NCBI RefSeq assembly: GCF_900199515.1
Contig: NZ_LT963434.1
Span: forward strand, 783,272-815,271
Length of the DNA: 32,000 nt
From: Massilicoli timonensis
GTDB lineage: Bacteria > Bacillota_I > Bacilli_A > Erysipelotrichales > Erysipelotrichaceae
Direction of reading: 5' to 3'
Under the pieces are notes generated by a model. It was not told the DNA's origin. It did not search any database and saw only the letters and a program-made list of their open reading frames with translations. A program made the position numbers and the translations under genes. Each line of letters starts with the position of its first letter. Within the stretch, counting starts at the first letter, position 1. Positions 1 to 8,039 of this stretch are shown here, one piece after another.

Positions 1-170
1 GGAATGAGATCAAATGCGTGCAGCACCTGGTCCAGCATTTCCCGATGCTGCGCCGTTACACAAAGCGTACAGTCGATCTCTTCACGCCGTTTTAATTCCT
101 TTACCAGCGGCGCCATCTTGATGGCTTCCGGTCTTGTCCCAAACACACACATTACTTTGATCTTTCGCAT
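1..170 (-). CDS. mnaA: UDP-N-acetylglucosamine 2-epimerase (non-hydrolysing), N-terminal fragment running off the left edge
   Basis: Absent from the ORF track because it has no stop in the window. My minus-strand translation from the ATG at 170-168 is [56 protein letters not shown]. This is the canonical WecB/MnaA N-terminus ([18 protein letters not shown]). GGAGG lies at 181-177, 6 nt before the ATG and directly after the tagA-like stop. Confidence 0.85.
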   Translation of the reverse strand, partial: MRKIKVMCVFGTRPEAIKMAPLVKELKRREEIDCTLCVTAQHREMLDQVLHAFDLI

Positions 171-181
171 GCGCCGCCTCC

Positions 182-892
182 TTACTTCAATCGTTTTATT
201 TCTCTTACAAAACGGATATTATTTTTCAAAAAACGCTTCATGCGCTTCGGCTCCTTGCCGATGCGATACAGCCATTCCATGCCATGATCGACAAAGAAAT
301 CCGGCGCCCGCCGCTTTGTACCGCTCAAGACGTCAATACTGCCGCCGACCCCGATAAAGATGCCTGATGAAAACTGATCCAAATACTGATAAAGCAAAAG
401 TTCCTGCGCAGGAACACCTAATGCCGCCAATACGATATCCGCCTGCTCCTTACAGTTCTCAAGCAGGGCCGCTTCCTTATCCGCAACATAGCCGTTAATC
501 AGTTTTGTGACGATGATCTGCGGATAGTGCTTTTCGATCTGCCTTGCAAAGCGATCCAGTACCTCCTGCGTACAGCCAAGCACCATGAGCTTTTTATGAC
601 AGCGGTTTGCCTCTTCCAATAAATGCGCAACTACATCTACGCCCGCAATTTTTTCCACCGATCGTTTCCCGATGCGATGACAGGCCTTTACCACGCCGAT
701 GCCGTCGGCAATGATCTCTGTTCGCTCATCTAATAACATCGCGGCAATTCTCACTGAATCCAAGGAAGCCATGATGATCTCCGGATTGGCAGTTACAATA
801 AAACGCTTCTCTCCATGAATCAAACTTTCGCTCAATTCCTGAAAAAAAGCCTGTTTCCGATCCTGATATACTTTTTCCAGTATTTTCTTCAT
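182..892 (-). CDS. tagA: WecB/TagA/CpsF-family glycosyltransferase (N-acetylmannosaminyltransferase-like, linkage-unit synthesis)
   Basis: 236-aa ORF with family-typical motifs: [62 protein letters not shown]. It sits directly upstream of an mnaA/wecB start, the usual ManNAc-supply partner. Confidence 0.85.
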   Translation of the reverse strand: MKKILEKVYQDRKQAFFQELSESLIHGEKRFIVTANPEIIMASLDSVRIAAMLLDERTEIIADGIGVVKACHRIGKRSVEKIAGVDVVAHLLEEANRCHKKLMVLGCTQEVLDRFARQIEKHYPQIIVTKLINGYVADKEAALLENCKEQADIVLAALGVPAQELLLYQYLDQFSSGIFIGVGGSIDVLSGTKRRAPDFFVDHGMEWLYRIGKEPKRMKRFLKNNIRFVREIKRLK

Positions 893-972
893 CCAATCAC
901 CAGTTAGATTATATCATAAGTCATGCCATTATCCCAATAGCTTCCAAGACAGATTGTAAAAGAAACATTGCT

Positions 973-2151
973 TCATGCTTTTATAAGGGGATGGGAACAG
1001 ATAAAAAGTCCGGCATCCTTGGTGATGGTAAGCGCACCCTGTTCTTGTATCTGTGTTTCGATAAACTGTTTGAACTGCGGCACATGATTGCCGATGATCT
1101 CGTTTTGGTTGCCATGACAACTCAAAATATAATCGACCAGCGGCTGTGCCTGATCTACGACCAGCTTATCTTCATAACGCACGAACTGTACCTGTGCAAA
1201 ATGCTCCTTTAACAGCGCATGGCCGTTTTCTAAGCCAAAGCGTTCATATAAACATTCATCAGATAATGAGATCCGCTCATCAAATGCCTTTGCCAGTTCA
1301 CTTAATTCAGCCATATGTGCTTTGCCATACGTACTGCAATATAAAATGCCCTGTTTTCCCAAGACCCGCGTGATTTCATGCAGGCAGCTCTGCACATCCT
1401 TCACATAAAACAGCATATGATTGGCGATCACCGTATCAAAGTAAGCATTCTTAAAAGGGATCTGTTTGGCATCAATGACAAGATAACTGAAATCATCGCC
1501 GGCGATCTGCTTGGCCTGTGCCAACATGCCTTCGGAAATGTCAGACAGAAAAAACTCCCGGTTGCGCACATTGATCTTATGATACTCCCACAGTTTGCCA
1601 TTCCCGCATCCCAGCTCCAGCAGTTTATTTACCTTGGAAAAATCGATCTGCTGATAAAGCCAGTCAAACCAGTGGATCGGGCTGATCGAATAACGCTCAT
1701 GCAGGTGAATGCGCACATTGAGGTTGGTCGCATCTTTATAATGCGAGATGATTTTTTCTTCTTGCGTCGTCTGTCGAATCAGCGCCGCGATTCGTTCTGC
1801 ATTCAGTTCCTGCTTCTCCAATAAGGAAATCCCGGTACGCAAAGAATCCTTTAACCCTTTTAAGTGCGCCAGACGCTGATCAATGAAAGCGATCTGTGTT
1901 TCAAAGGATTCTTTCAGCGTATGACGATCCTCATTCAAGATCATCGGAAAGATCTCTTCCAAAGAGAATCCCAGCTGCTTGTAAAAAACGATTTTTTGCA
2001 GTTGGATCAAATCATCATCACTGTATTTGCGATAGCCGTTTTCCATGATCAAAGACGGCTTCAATAAGCCGATCTTGTCATAATAGCGAAGGGTACGCTG
2101 GGTAACATTTGCCAGCTTCGCAAATTCACCGCTGAAATAGTATCGTTTCAT
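973..2151 (-). CDS. MerR-family HTH regulator fused to a class I SAM-dependent methyltransferase domain
   Basis: The N-terminus MKRYYFSGEFAKLANVTQRTLRYYDKIGLLKPS is a MerR HTH, followed by a helical linker. The C-terminal half has LELGCGNGKLW (SAM motif I), FLSDISEGMLAQAK and FDTVIANHMLFYV. The track ORF reaches 2178. I prefer the ATG at 2151 because MerR proteins start a few residues before the HTH and a TATAAT sits 6 nt upstream. Confidence 0.8.
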   Translation of the reverse strand: MKRYYFSGEFAKLANVTQRTLRYYDKIGLLKPSLIMENGYRKYSDDDLIQLQKIVFYKQLGFSLEEIFPMILNEDRHTLKESFETQIAFIDQRLAHLKGLKDSLRTGISLLEKQELNAERIAALIRQTTQEEKIISHYKDATNLNVRIHLHERYSISPIHWFDWLYQQIDFSKVNKLLELGCGNGKLWEYHKINVRNREFFLSDISEGMLAQAKQIAGDDFSYLVIDAKQIPFKNAYFDTVIANHMLFYVKDVQSCLHEITRVLGKQGILYCSTYGKAHMAELSELAKAFDERISLSDECLYERFGLENGHALLKEHFAQVQFVRYEDKLVVDQAQPLVDYILSCHGNQNEIIGNHVPQFKQFIETQIQEQGALTITKDAGLFICSHPLIKA

Positions 2152-2157
2152 ACTGCT

Positions 2158-2186
2158 ATTATAGCGATGATCGTTCATTTTGACTA
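2158..2186 (-). promoter_or_regulatory. Candidate sigma-70-type promoter giving a leaderless transcript of the MerR-methyltransferase gene
   Basis: Minus strand reads TAGTCA (2186-2181), 17 nt, TATAAT (2163-2158), 6 nt, ATG (2151). Neither candidate ATG has a Shine-Dalgarno sequence in front of it. Confidence 0.35.
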
Positions 2187-2246
2187 CCGAAAAATATGTT
2201 TTTTTTCAAATCCATTTCACCTGTTTTCGAAGCGATCACAACATTT

Positions 2247-2254
2247 CTTTCTTC
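2247..2254. repeat. Target-site duplication, left copy (CTTTCTTC)
   Basis: The same 8-mer CTTTCTTC lies at 2247-2254 and 3888-3895, each directly abutting the inferred IS ends. The identity extends to 9 nt (TCTTTCTTC) when the terminal T of the IS is counted. Confidence 0.75.
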
Positions 2255-2279
2255 GGCGCTCTAAACTTCCGTGTGGGTG
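2255..2279 (+). repeat. IS left terminal inverted repeat
   Basis: GGCGCTCTAAACTTCCGTGTGGGTG compared with the reverse complement of 3863-3887, AGTAATCTAAACTTTCGAGTGGTTT: 17 of 25 positions match, and 15 of 17 in the core (positions 6-22). Confidence 0.7.
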
Positions 2280-2406
2280 TGGGTACGCCCTAAACTTATG
2301 TGTGGTATTTTTCAGATACCTCTAACATTTTGTGTGGGTGAATAAAAAACCTTCGTGATATGATTTCTTTGTCGAGAAGAAATTACACGAAGGAGGTATT
2401 TAACCT

Positions 2407-3744
2407 ATGAATGATTTTATCACAGATTTATTTAATATTGATAGAAAAAAGATTAAAAAAATGAATGTTGTTACTAGTAAGGATAAAACTGAGTTTCATA
2501 TCGTCTTAAACCACGATGGTGATTTATTTTGTCCTTTTTGTTATGGTGTCGTTCATGCCAATGGCTATTCGAAACCTAAAATAATCAATCACCCTAAACT
2601 AACAGATAGAAAAGCGGTAATTATCTTTTATAACCATCGTTATCAATGCAACGAATGCTTGCGTACTTTCTCTGGGAAAAATCCTTTCACTTTTTCTAAC
2701 TTTAGAAATTCTTATCTTTCTTTTGAAAACATTATGAAGCAGCTTTCTAATTTGAATTATTCATATAAAATGGTAGCTGAGCTGAACCATATCTCTCCTA
2801 CCCAAGTACAAAGATATTTTGATAGCTTCGTAAACATTCCTAGAATCACTCTACCTGAATCTATAGGGATTGATGAGATTCATTCAAAAATGGCAAAACG
2901 AAAAGATTCTGCTTATTTATGTGTGATGGTGGATAATAAGAAACGTTCTCTTTTTGAAATACTTCCATCTCGTTCTAAAGCAGAATTAAAACGTTATTTT
3001 GAAAAGATTCCTCAAATAGAACGGAACAACGTAAAATATGTAACCATTGATATGTGGTTTCCTTATAAAGAAGTAGCGAATAAGTATTTCCCTAACTGCA
3101 TTGTAGCTGTTGATCCATTTCATGTTGTCGAACATTTAATGACTAGTTTCCGCCGTATACGTCTTAATATCATGTATCAGGTAGAATATGGCAGTGATAG
3201 TTACTATTTACTCAAAACATGGAAAGACTTAATTGAAAAGAATGTTTTTCTCGATAATGAACCAGTCTACAATAATCGCTTCAAAATGAAACTAAACAAA
3301 AGACAGCTACTTGATTTAATTCTTGAGATTAGTGAAACATTGGCTTTAGGATATCACCTAAAAGAGATGTATTTAACCTTTAATAAAAATGCAACGGAAG
3401 AAAATTGTGAGGAATGGTTCAATTCTATTTTAGAAGCTTTTAAAAAATCAGGAATATCAGAGTTCCATGATTTTATTCAAACACTTGAAAACTGGAAACC
3501 AGAAATTCTTAATTCATTCAAAAGACCTTTTGATGAGCACAAACTAAGCAATGCACTCTGTGAAAATATCAATGGGCAAATTAGAACATATTTATCTGTA
3601 TCAAAAGGAGTATCTAATTTTATCCGTTTTAGAAAAAGATGTATTTTTGCTTTAAATCCAAAGGTTTTCTATTCAATTACAAATCAATTAAAATCTAATA
3701 AAGTTCAAGGCAAAAGAAGAGGCAAATATAATAAAAACAAATAA
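2407..3744 (+). CDS. ISL3-family DDE transposase
   Basis: 445 aa. N-terminal zinc finger (CPFCYG ... YQCNECLRTF). DDE_Tnp_ISL3-like core: IGIDEIHS, YLCVMVD, VTIDMWFPYKEVANKYFPNCIVAVDPFHVVEHL, SNALCENINGQIR. SD GAAGGAGG lies upstream of the ATG. Confidence 0.9.
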   Translation: MNDFITDLFNIDRKKIKKMNVVTSKDKTEFHIVLNHDGDLFCPFCYGVVHANGYSKPKIINHPKLTDRKAVIIFYNHRYQCNECLRTFSGKNPFTFSNFRNSYLSFENIMKQLSNLNYSYKMVAELNHISPTQVQRYFDSFVNIPRITLPESIGIDEIHSKMAKRKDSAYLCVMVDNKKRSLFEILPSRSKAELKRYFEKIPQIERNNVKYVTIDMWFPYKEVANKYFPNCIVAVDPFHVVEHLMTSFRRIRLNIMYQVEYGSDSYYLLKTWKDLIEKNVFLDNEPVYNNRFKMKLNKRQLLDLILEISETLALGYHLKEMYLTFNKNATEENCEEWFNSILEAFKKSGISEFHDFIQTLENWKPEILNSFKRPFDEHKLSNALCENINGQIRTYLSVSKGVSNFIRFRKRCIFALNPKVFYSITNQLKSNKVQGKRRGKYNKNK

Positions 3745-3772
3745 ATAAATGAATCGTACTTCTCGACACATA

Positions 3773-3819
3773 AAAAGGTGGTTCATTAGTACTTACTTGT
3801 ACTAAATATACCACCTTTT
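3773..3819 (+). terminator. Hairpin after the transposase gene, inside the IS
   Basis: AAAAGGTGG (3773-3781) pairs with CCACCTTTT (3811-3819). An inner TAGTAC/GTACTA stem sits in the loop, and the sequence runs into TTTTA. Confidence 0.4.
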
Positions 3820-3862
3820 ATCTCATCTTAAACCACTCGAAAGTTTAGAGTTCATTTTCTCA

Positions 3863-3887
3863 AAACCACTCGAAAGTTTAGATTACT
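3863..3887 (-). repeat. IS right terminal inverted repeat
   Basis: See the left IR. The outer copy of AAACCACTCGAAAGTTTAGA is here, and an identical inner copy lies 33 bp further inside. Confidence 0.7.
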
Positions 3888-3895
3888 CTTTCTTC
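3888..3895. repeat. Target-site duplication, right copy (CTTTCTTC)
   Basis: Identical to 2247-2254 and positioned symmetrically relative to the IR cores. Confidence 0.75.
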
Positions 3896-3898
3896 ACC

Positions 3899-3934
3899 AA
3901 AAAAGGCGAAGCACACCTTTCTCATGCCTTCACC
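3899..3934 (-). terminator. Rho-independent terminator of the rml operon
   Basis: Minus strand reads GGTGAAGGCA-tgagaaaggtg-TGCTTCGCC followed by TTTTTT. The stem is about 9 bp with one bulge and one G-U pair. It starts 17 nt after the rmlD stop. Confidence 0.65.
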
Positions 3935-3950
3935 TAATATTGATTCGATT

Positions 3951-4793
3951 CTATTCGGCAATTTCTTTCAGATAGCGGGATAAAGCGTCCTGCCAGCTCG
4001 GCAAACGGGTAAAACCATGTTTATCCAGTTCACTGCGATTCATCCGGCTGTTTTTCGGACGTTTTGCTTTTGCCGGGAAAGCGTCGCTGTCGACCGGTGT
4101 TACGGCAACATCCATTTTAGCCTGTTTGAAGATCTCACAGGCGAACTCATACCAGCTGCAAAGTCCTTCATTGGTCGCATGATAGATTCCATAAGCATCG
4201 GTTTGGATCATATCGACGACCAGCCGCGCTAAGTCATACGTATAGGTCGGTGAACCGATCTGATCATTGACAACACTGACGGCACCTTTTTCTTTTCCCA
4301 GACGCAGCATCGTCTTGATAAAGTTATTGCCGTTTTTCCCAAATACCCAAGCAATGCGGACAATGAAGAATTTTTTCAGCTTTTCCACTGCCAATTCCCC
4401 TTCATATTTGGTCTGTCCATATACATTCAACGGATGTCTTTCATCGTATTCTTCCCAAGGGCGTACTCCCTCTCCATCAAATACATAATCTGTTGAAAAA
4501 TACATCATCGGGATATCCAGCTCTGCACACACTTTGGCGATATTGGCAGTTCCTTCCGCATTGACTTTACGGCAGACATCGACCATTTCCTCAGCTTTGT
4601 CTACCGCCGTCCACGCAGCGCAGTGTACCACCGCATCATAATGACCGCTTTTGATCACTTGATCGACTTGCGACGCATCGGTAATATCCATTTCTTCAAT
4701 ATCAACACCGACTGCCTCGATACCGCGTTGCTCTGCCTCATTGACGACATCATATCCCAGCTGTCCTTTTACTCCGGTTACTAAGATCTTCAT
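3951..4793 (-). CDS. rmlD: dTDP-4-dehydrorhamnose reductase
   Basis: MKILVTGVKGQLG Rossmann start, YGQTKYEGE (YxxxK), WVFG, SPTYTYDLA. I chose the ATG at 4793, 1 nt after the rmlB stop. The track ORF extends to 4829, which would overlap rmlB. Confidence 0.92.
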   Translation of the reverse strand: MKILVTGVKGQLGYDVVNEAEQRGIEAVGVDIEEMDITDASQVDQVIKSGHYDAVVHCAAWTAVDKAEEMVDVCRKVNAEGTANIAKVCAELDIPMMYFSTDYVFDGEGVRPWEEYDERHPLNVYGQTKYEGELAVEKLKKFFIVRIAWVFGKNGNNFIKTMLRLGKEKGAVSVVNDQIGSPTYTYDLARLVVDMIQTDAYGIYHATNEGLCSWYEFACEIFKQAKMDVAVTPVDSDAFPAKAKRPKNSRMNRSELDKHGFTRLPSWQDALSRYLKEIAE

Positions 4794-4794
4794 A

Positions 4795-5823
4795 TTAAAC
4801 GCGTCCTTTTTCTTTATACATTTTATCAAAATAATTTTGATATTCCCCGCTTAAAATGTTTTCCCACCATTCCCGATTATCCAAATACCACTGGATCGTC
4901 TGCTGAATACCGGTGTCAAAGTTATATTTCGGTTTCCATCCCAGTTCGGTTTCTAATTTGGTCGGATCAATGGCATAGCGCATATCATGTCCTTTGCGGT
5001 CCGCCACATATTTGATCAGGGATTCCGGTTTGTTTAACGCATGCAGGATCGTCTTTACGACTTCCAGATTGGTTCTTTCATTATGACCGCCGACATTGTA
5101 GATCTCACCTTCTTTGCCTTTGCGAATGATCAGATCAATGGCAACACAGTGATCATAGACATGCAGCCAGTCGCGGACATTTTCTCCGGTACCGTAAACC
5201 GGCAGGCTTTCATCAGCAAGCGCTCTTGAGATCATGAGCGGGATCAGCTTTTCCGGGAAATGATAAGGTCCATAGTTATTGGAGCAGCGAGAGATCGTGA
5301 CCGGCAGCCCATATGTGCGATGATAGGCCAATACGAATAAATCAGCGCTTGCCTTTGCCGAACTGTAAGGGCTGGAAGTATGAAGCGGTGTCGTTTCGGT
5401 AAAGAACAGATCAGGACGATCTAAAGGCAGATCGCCATATACTTCATCTGTCGATACCTGATGATAGCGCTTGATGCCATACTTTACACAGGCATCTAAC
5501 AGTGTCGTTGTTCCTAACACATTGGTCTTGACAAAAATTTCCGGGTCTTCGATGCTGCGATCCACATGTGATTCCGCCGCAAAATTGACGACTACGTCAA
5601 AGTGTTCTTTTTCAAACAGATCAAAGATAAACGCGCGATCGGCAATATCACCTTTCACAAAACGGTAGTTAGGCTTTCCTTCCACCGGCTTGCAGGTTTC
5701 TAAATTGCCCGCATACGTTAATTTATCCAGATTGACGATCATATCATCGGGATAGTTTTCTACCATGTAATGTACAAAGTTGCCGCCGATAAAGCCGGCG
5801 CCTCCGGTTACTAAATATTTCAT
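4795..5823 (-). CDS. rmlB: dTDP-glucose 4,6-dehydratase
   Basis: MKYLVTGGAGFIGGNF, STDEVYG, PYSSAKASADL, NNYGPYHFPEKLIP. I chose the ATG at 5823, preceded by GGAGAA inside the rmlC end. The track start is 5847. Confidence 0.93.
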   Translation of the reverse strand: MKYLVTGGAGFIGGNFVHYMVENYPDDMIVNLDKLTYAGNLETCKPVEGKPNYRFVKGDIADRAFIFDLFEKEHFDVVVNFAAESHVDRSIEDPEIFVKTNVLGTTTLLDACVKYGIKRYHQVSTDEVYGDLPLDRPDLFFTETTPLHTSSPYSSAKASADLFVLAYHRTYGLPVTISRCSNNYGPYHFPEKLIPLMISRALADESLPVYGTGENVRDWLHVYDHCVAIDLIIRKGKEGEIYNVGGHNERTNLEVVKTILHALNKPESLIKYVADRKGHDMRYAIDPTKLETELGWKPKYNFDTGIQQTIQWYLDNREWWENILSGEYQNYFDKMYKEKGRV

Positions 5824-5827
5824 ATCA

Positions 5828-6400
5828 CTATTCTCCTTCCCATACAAACTGATTGTTTGCTTCTTCTAAAGTAGGTCCGTTTTTATCTTTCTCACTTAAG
5901 ACCGGTTCTATTCCATTTAACAAAGAACCCCAGTCCACCTGTACACTCGGATCATCGTAGCGCATGCCGCCCTCTGATTCTTTGTTATAGACATTGTCTA
6001 CTTTATAGCGGAATTCCACATCCGGCGTCAAAGTCAAAAAGCCATGTGCAAAGCCCTGCGGTATGAAAAACTGGCGATGATTTTCCGCACTGAGCTCCAC
6101 GCTGACCCACTCGCCGTAAGTAGGACTGTTCTTGCGAATATCTACTGCCACATCGATGACTTTGCCTTTACTGCAAGATACCAGTTTGGATTGTGCATAG
6201 GGCGGATTTTGCCAGTGTAAGCCGCGCAGGGTTCCCTGCTGCGCTGAAAAAGACATATTGTCCTGTACGAAATCGACACAGATGCCCAGCGCTTCATATT
6301 TCGGTTTTGAATAGGTTTCGCAGAAATAACCGCGGTGATCCCCGAACACATCGGTTTCAATGATCAAAACACCGGGAATCTTGGTTTCGATTACTTTCAT
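5828..6400 (-). CDS. rmlC: dTDP-4-dehydrorhamnose 3,5-epimerase
   Basis: [45 protein letters not shown]. It shares an ATGA 4-nt overlap with rmlA. Confidence 0.93.
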   Translation of the reverse strand: MKVIETKIPGVLIIETDVFGDHRGYFCETYSKPKYEALGICVDFVQDNMSFSAQQGTLRGLHWQNPPYAQSKLVSCSKGKVIDVAVDIRKNSPTYGEWVSVELSAENHRQFFIPQGFAHGFLTLTPDVEFRYKVDNVYNKESEGGMRYDDPSVQVDWGSLLNGIEPVLSEKDKNGPTLEEANNQFVWEGE

Positions 6401-7290
6401 GCTTTCACTCCCTTATCGACATATTTGCGATCCATGATCTTTTTCAGATAAGCGCCGTACTGGTTTTTCTTATAGATCTCATAGGTTTCTTCTAATTGCT
6501 TCAAATCGATCCAGCCGTTGTCAAAGGCAATTTCTTCTAAGCAGGCGATCTTGCGGTGCTGATGCTCTTCGATCGTCTTTACAAAATTGGTGGCATCTAC
6601 CAATGATTCATGTGTACCGGTGTCTAACCAAGTAAAGCCATCACCTAGCAGTGTTACATCTAAAGCGCCGGTTTCTAAATAGATGCGGTTTAGATCGGTG
6701 ATCTCCAATTCACCGCGTGCGCTCGGCTTTAAGTTTTTCGCATATTCCACTACTTTGTTATCATAGAAATATAAGCCCGTTACCGCATAGTTTGATTTCG
6801 GGTTCACCGGTTTTTCCTCTAAGGAAACCGCTTTGCCGTTTTCATCGAATTCCACGACGCCGAAGCGTTCCGGATCTTCTACATAGTAGCCGAAAACCGT
6901 TGCGCCGCTTTGTTTAGATGCGGCTGCGCGCAGACGTTTGGTAAGTCCGTGCCCATGGAAAATGTTATCACCTAAGATCATCGCGCAGCTGTCGCTTCCG
7001 ATAAAATCGGCGCCGAGGATGAAAGCCTGTGCCAAGCCATCCGGTGAAGGCTGAACGACATATTGCAGTTCTACGCCGAACTGGTGTCCATCGCCTAGTA
7101 ATTCCCGAAAGCGCGGCGTATCATCCGGAGTAGAGATGATCAAGATCTCACGGATGCCGGCGCTCATTAAAATGCTCATTGGATAATAAATCATCGGTTT
7201 GTCGTAAATCGGCAGCAGCTGTTTGCTTGTTACTTTGGTTAGTGGATATAAGCGGGTTCCACTGCCGCCTGCTAATATGATTCCTTTCAT
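6397..7290 (-). CDS. rmlA: Glucose-1-phosphate thymidylyltransferase
   Basis: [75 protein letters not shown] lies 7 nt upstream. Confidence 0.95.
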   Translation of the reverse strand: MKGIILAGGSGTRLYPLTKVTSKQLLPIYDKPMIYYPMSILMSAGIREILIISTPDDTPRFRELLGDGHQFGVELQYVVQPSPDGLAQAFILGADFIGSDSCAMILGDNIFHGHGLTKRLRAAASKQSGATVFGYYVEDPERFGVVEFDENGKAVSLEEKPVNPKSNYAVTGLYFYDNKVVEYAKNLKPSARGELEITDLNRIYLETGALDVTLLGDGFTWLDTGTHESLVDATNFVKTIEEHQHRKIACLEEIAFDNGWIDLKQLEETYEIYKKNQYGAYLKKIMDRKYVDKGVKA

Positions 7291-7315
7291 ATCAGTACCT
7301 CCTGTATACGGATAA

Positions 7316-7346
7316 AGAATAAACCATGACGTTACGTCATGGTCAA
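7316..7346 (-). promoter_or_regulatory. Candidate rmlA promoter with a 19-bp spacer filled by a 21-bp perfect palindrome (MerR-type operator geometry), or alternatively a terminator hairpin of the upstream module
   Basis: Minus strand reads TTGACC (7346-7341), a 19-nt spacer, TATTCT (7321-7316), then 25 nt to the rmlA ATG. The palindrome ACCATGACGT-A-ACGTCATGGT spans 7343-7323. It overlaps the last 3 nt of the -35 and ends 2 nt before the -10. Confidence 0.4.
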
Positions 7347-7403
7347 GTGATAAATAAAGAAAAGATCAGTTTGCTTCCAAATCACTTCTTTTTTATAAGA
7401 ATG

Positions 7404-8039
7404 TTACTCTAATAAATCCTCCATAGAGCAATGCAGCCGATTGGCAAGTGCGTAAACCGTGATCGCTGAAGCTTTTTTTATATCCTTTGCCCCTTGCTCA
7501 TACTGCTGGATCATTCTAAGGGCAACACCTGTCTGCTCTGCCAATTCTTTTTGCGTGTATCCCTGCAACAACCGATATTTCTGTAACTTTGATCGATGCG
7601 GTTGGCGGCTGATGCGTTTTTCCATGACGTCCGTAAATTTATGAACCGACGCTTCATGCAGAGAACTGTATAAATTGATCAGATCTGTTACTGTAATATA
7701 ATAAGACAACTGCTTGAAAGTCATACCGGAATACCACTGATAATATGCTAAAATCCAGCCGCACCAATATGCTTCTGCATAATCATAAAACACTTCCCGC
7801 TTTTTTTCATGATGCACTAATCCGCATTCGGAAAGCAGTTCTAAGACCAATTCCGCTCCTGTTCGTCCTGCTACATATTTAGGATTGCCCTTTTCAAACT
7901 GTTTGCCGACATGTGAAACAAAAAGCATGGCATAAAAATCAGATAATGCAATATCACATGTATTTTGTGCATATTCAAAAGCTTCTCCTAAAATACACAT
8001 CGCATCGTGCACATAACTTTCATCGTAAGCGTGGATCAT
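7404..8039 (-). CDS. XRE-family HTH protein with an N-terminal ~145-aa W/Y-rich domain (DUF3791-like from memory), putative antitoxin/repressor partner
   Basis: The C-terminus LQKYRLLQGYTQKELAEQTGVALRMIQQYEQGAKDIKKASAITVYALANRLHCSMEDLL is a classic Cro/C1-type HTH. The N-terminal domain has YWCGWILAYYQWYSG and LYSSLHEASVHKF. Strong SD AGAGGAGGT lies 8 nt upstream. The gene overlaps the preceding one by 20 nt. Confidence 0.75.
   Translation of the reverse strand: MIHAYDESYVHDAMCILGEAFEYAQNTCDIALSDFYAMLFVSHVGKQFEKGNPKYVAGRTGAELVLELLSECGLVHHEKKREVFYDYAEAYWCGWILAYYQWYSGMTFKQLSYYITVTDLINLYSSLHEASVHKFTDVMEKRISRQPHRSKLQKYRLLQGYTQKELAEQTGVALRMIQQYEQGAKDIKKASAITVYALANRLHCSMEDLLE

Larger units (their letters stand above)
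2255..3887 (+). mobile_element. ISL3-family insertion sequence (1633 bp)
   Basis: A single transposase ORF is flanked by imperfect terminal inverted repeats and an 8-bp direct repeat, the duplication size expected for ISL3. The element is visibly much more AT-rich than its flanks. It is the only plus-strand gene in the window. Confidence 0.85.

Noticed and set aside
4-357. 117-aa plus-strand ORF at the left edge
   Set aside because: It lies entirely antisense to the well-supported mnaA start and tagA end. Its composition is R/C/S-rich, it has no SD and it shows no recognisable motif. It is a shadow ORF.
908-937. TTGGGA-18-TGaTATAAT upstream of tagA as a promoter
   Set aside because: The -10 ends only 15 nt before the ATG. 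A normal start site would leave no room for the weak GGTGA SD, so the call is too uncertain. tagA may instead be co-transcribed with the MerR-fusion gene.
929-1120. 63-aa minus-strand ORF overlapping the 3' end of the MerR-fusion gene
   Set aside because: It is an alternative frame of a confidently called gene plus intergenic sequence. It has no SD and is C/R/T-rich.
991-2067. Four plus-strand ORFs (991-1212, 1146-1373, 1378-1824, 1864-2067)
   Set aside because: All are antisense to the MerR-methyltransferase gene, whose motifs are unambiguous. Their sequences are low-complexity, L/I/H/Q-rich and typical of reverse-frame translation.
2261-3881. Short repeats with regular ~30-bp spacing, checked as a possible CRISPR array or tandem repeat
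   Set aside because: There are only 3 plus 2 copies of 16-20 bp. The two sets are in inverted orientation at opposite ends of a transposase gene and are bounded by a target duplication. They are IS end repeats, not CRISPR.
7345-7387. Inverted repeat AAGTGAT ... ATCACTT followed by a T-run on the plus strand
   Set aside because: The stem is 7 bp with a 29-nt loop. The T-run is on the plus strand, where no gene ends. It is unlikely to be functional.
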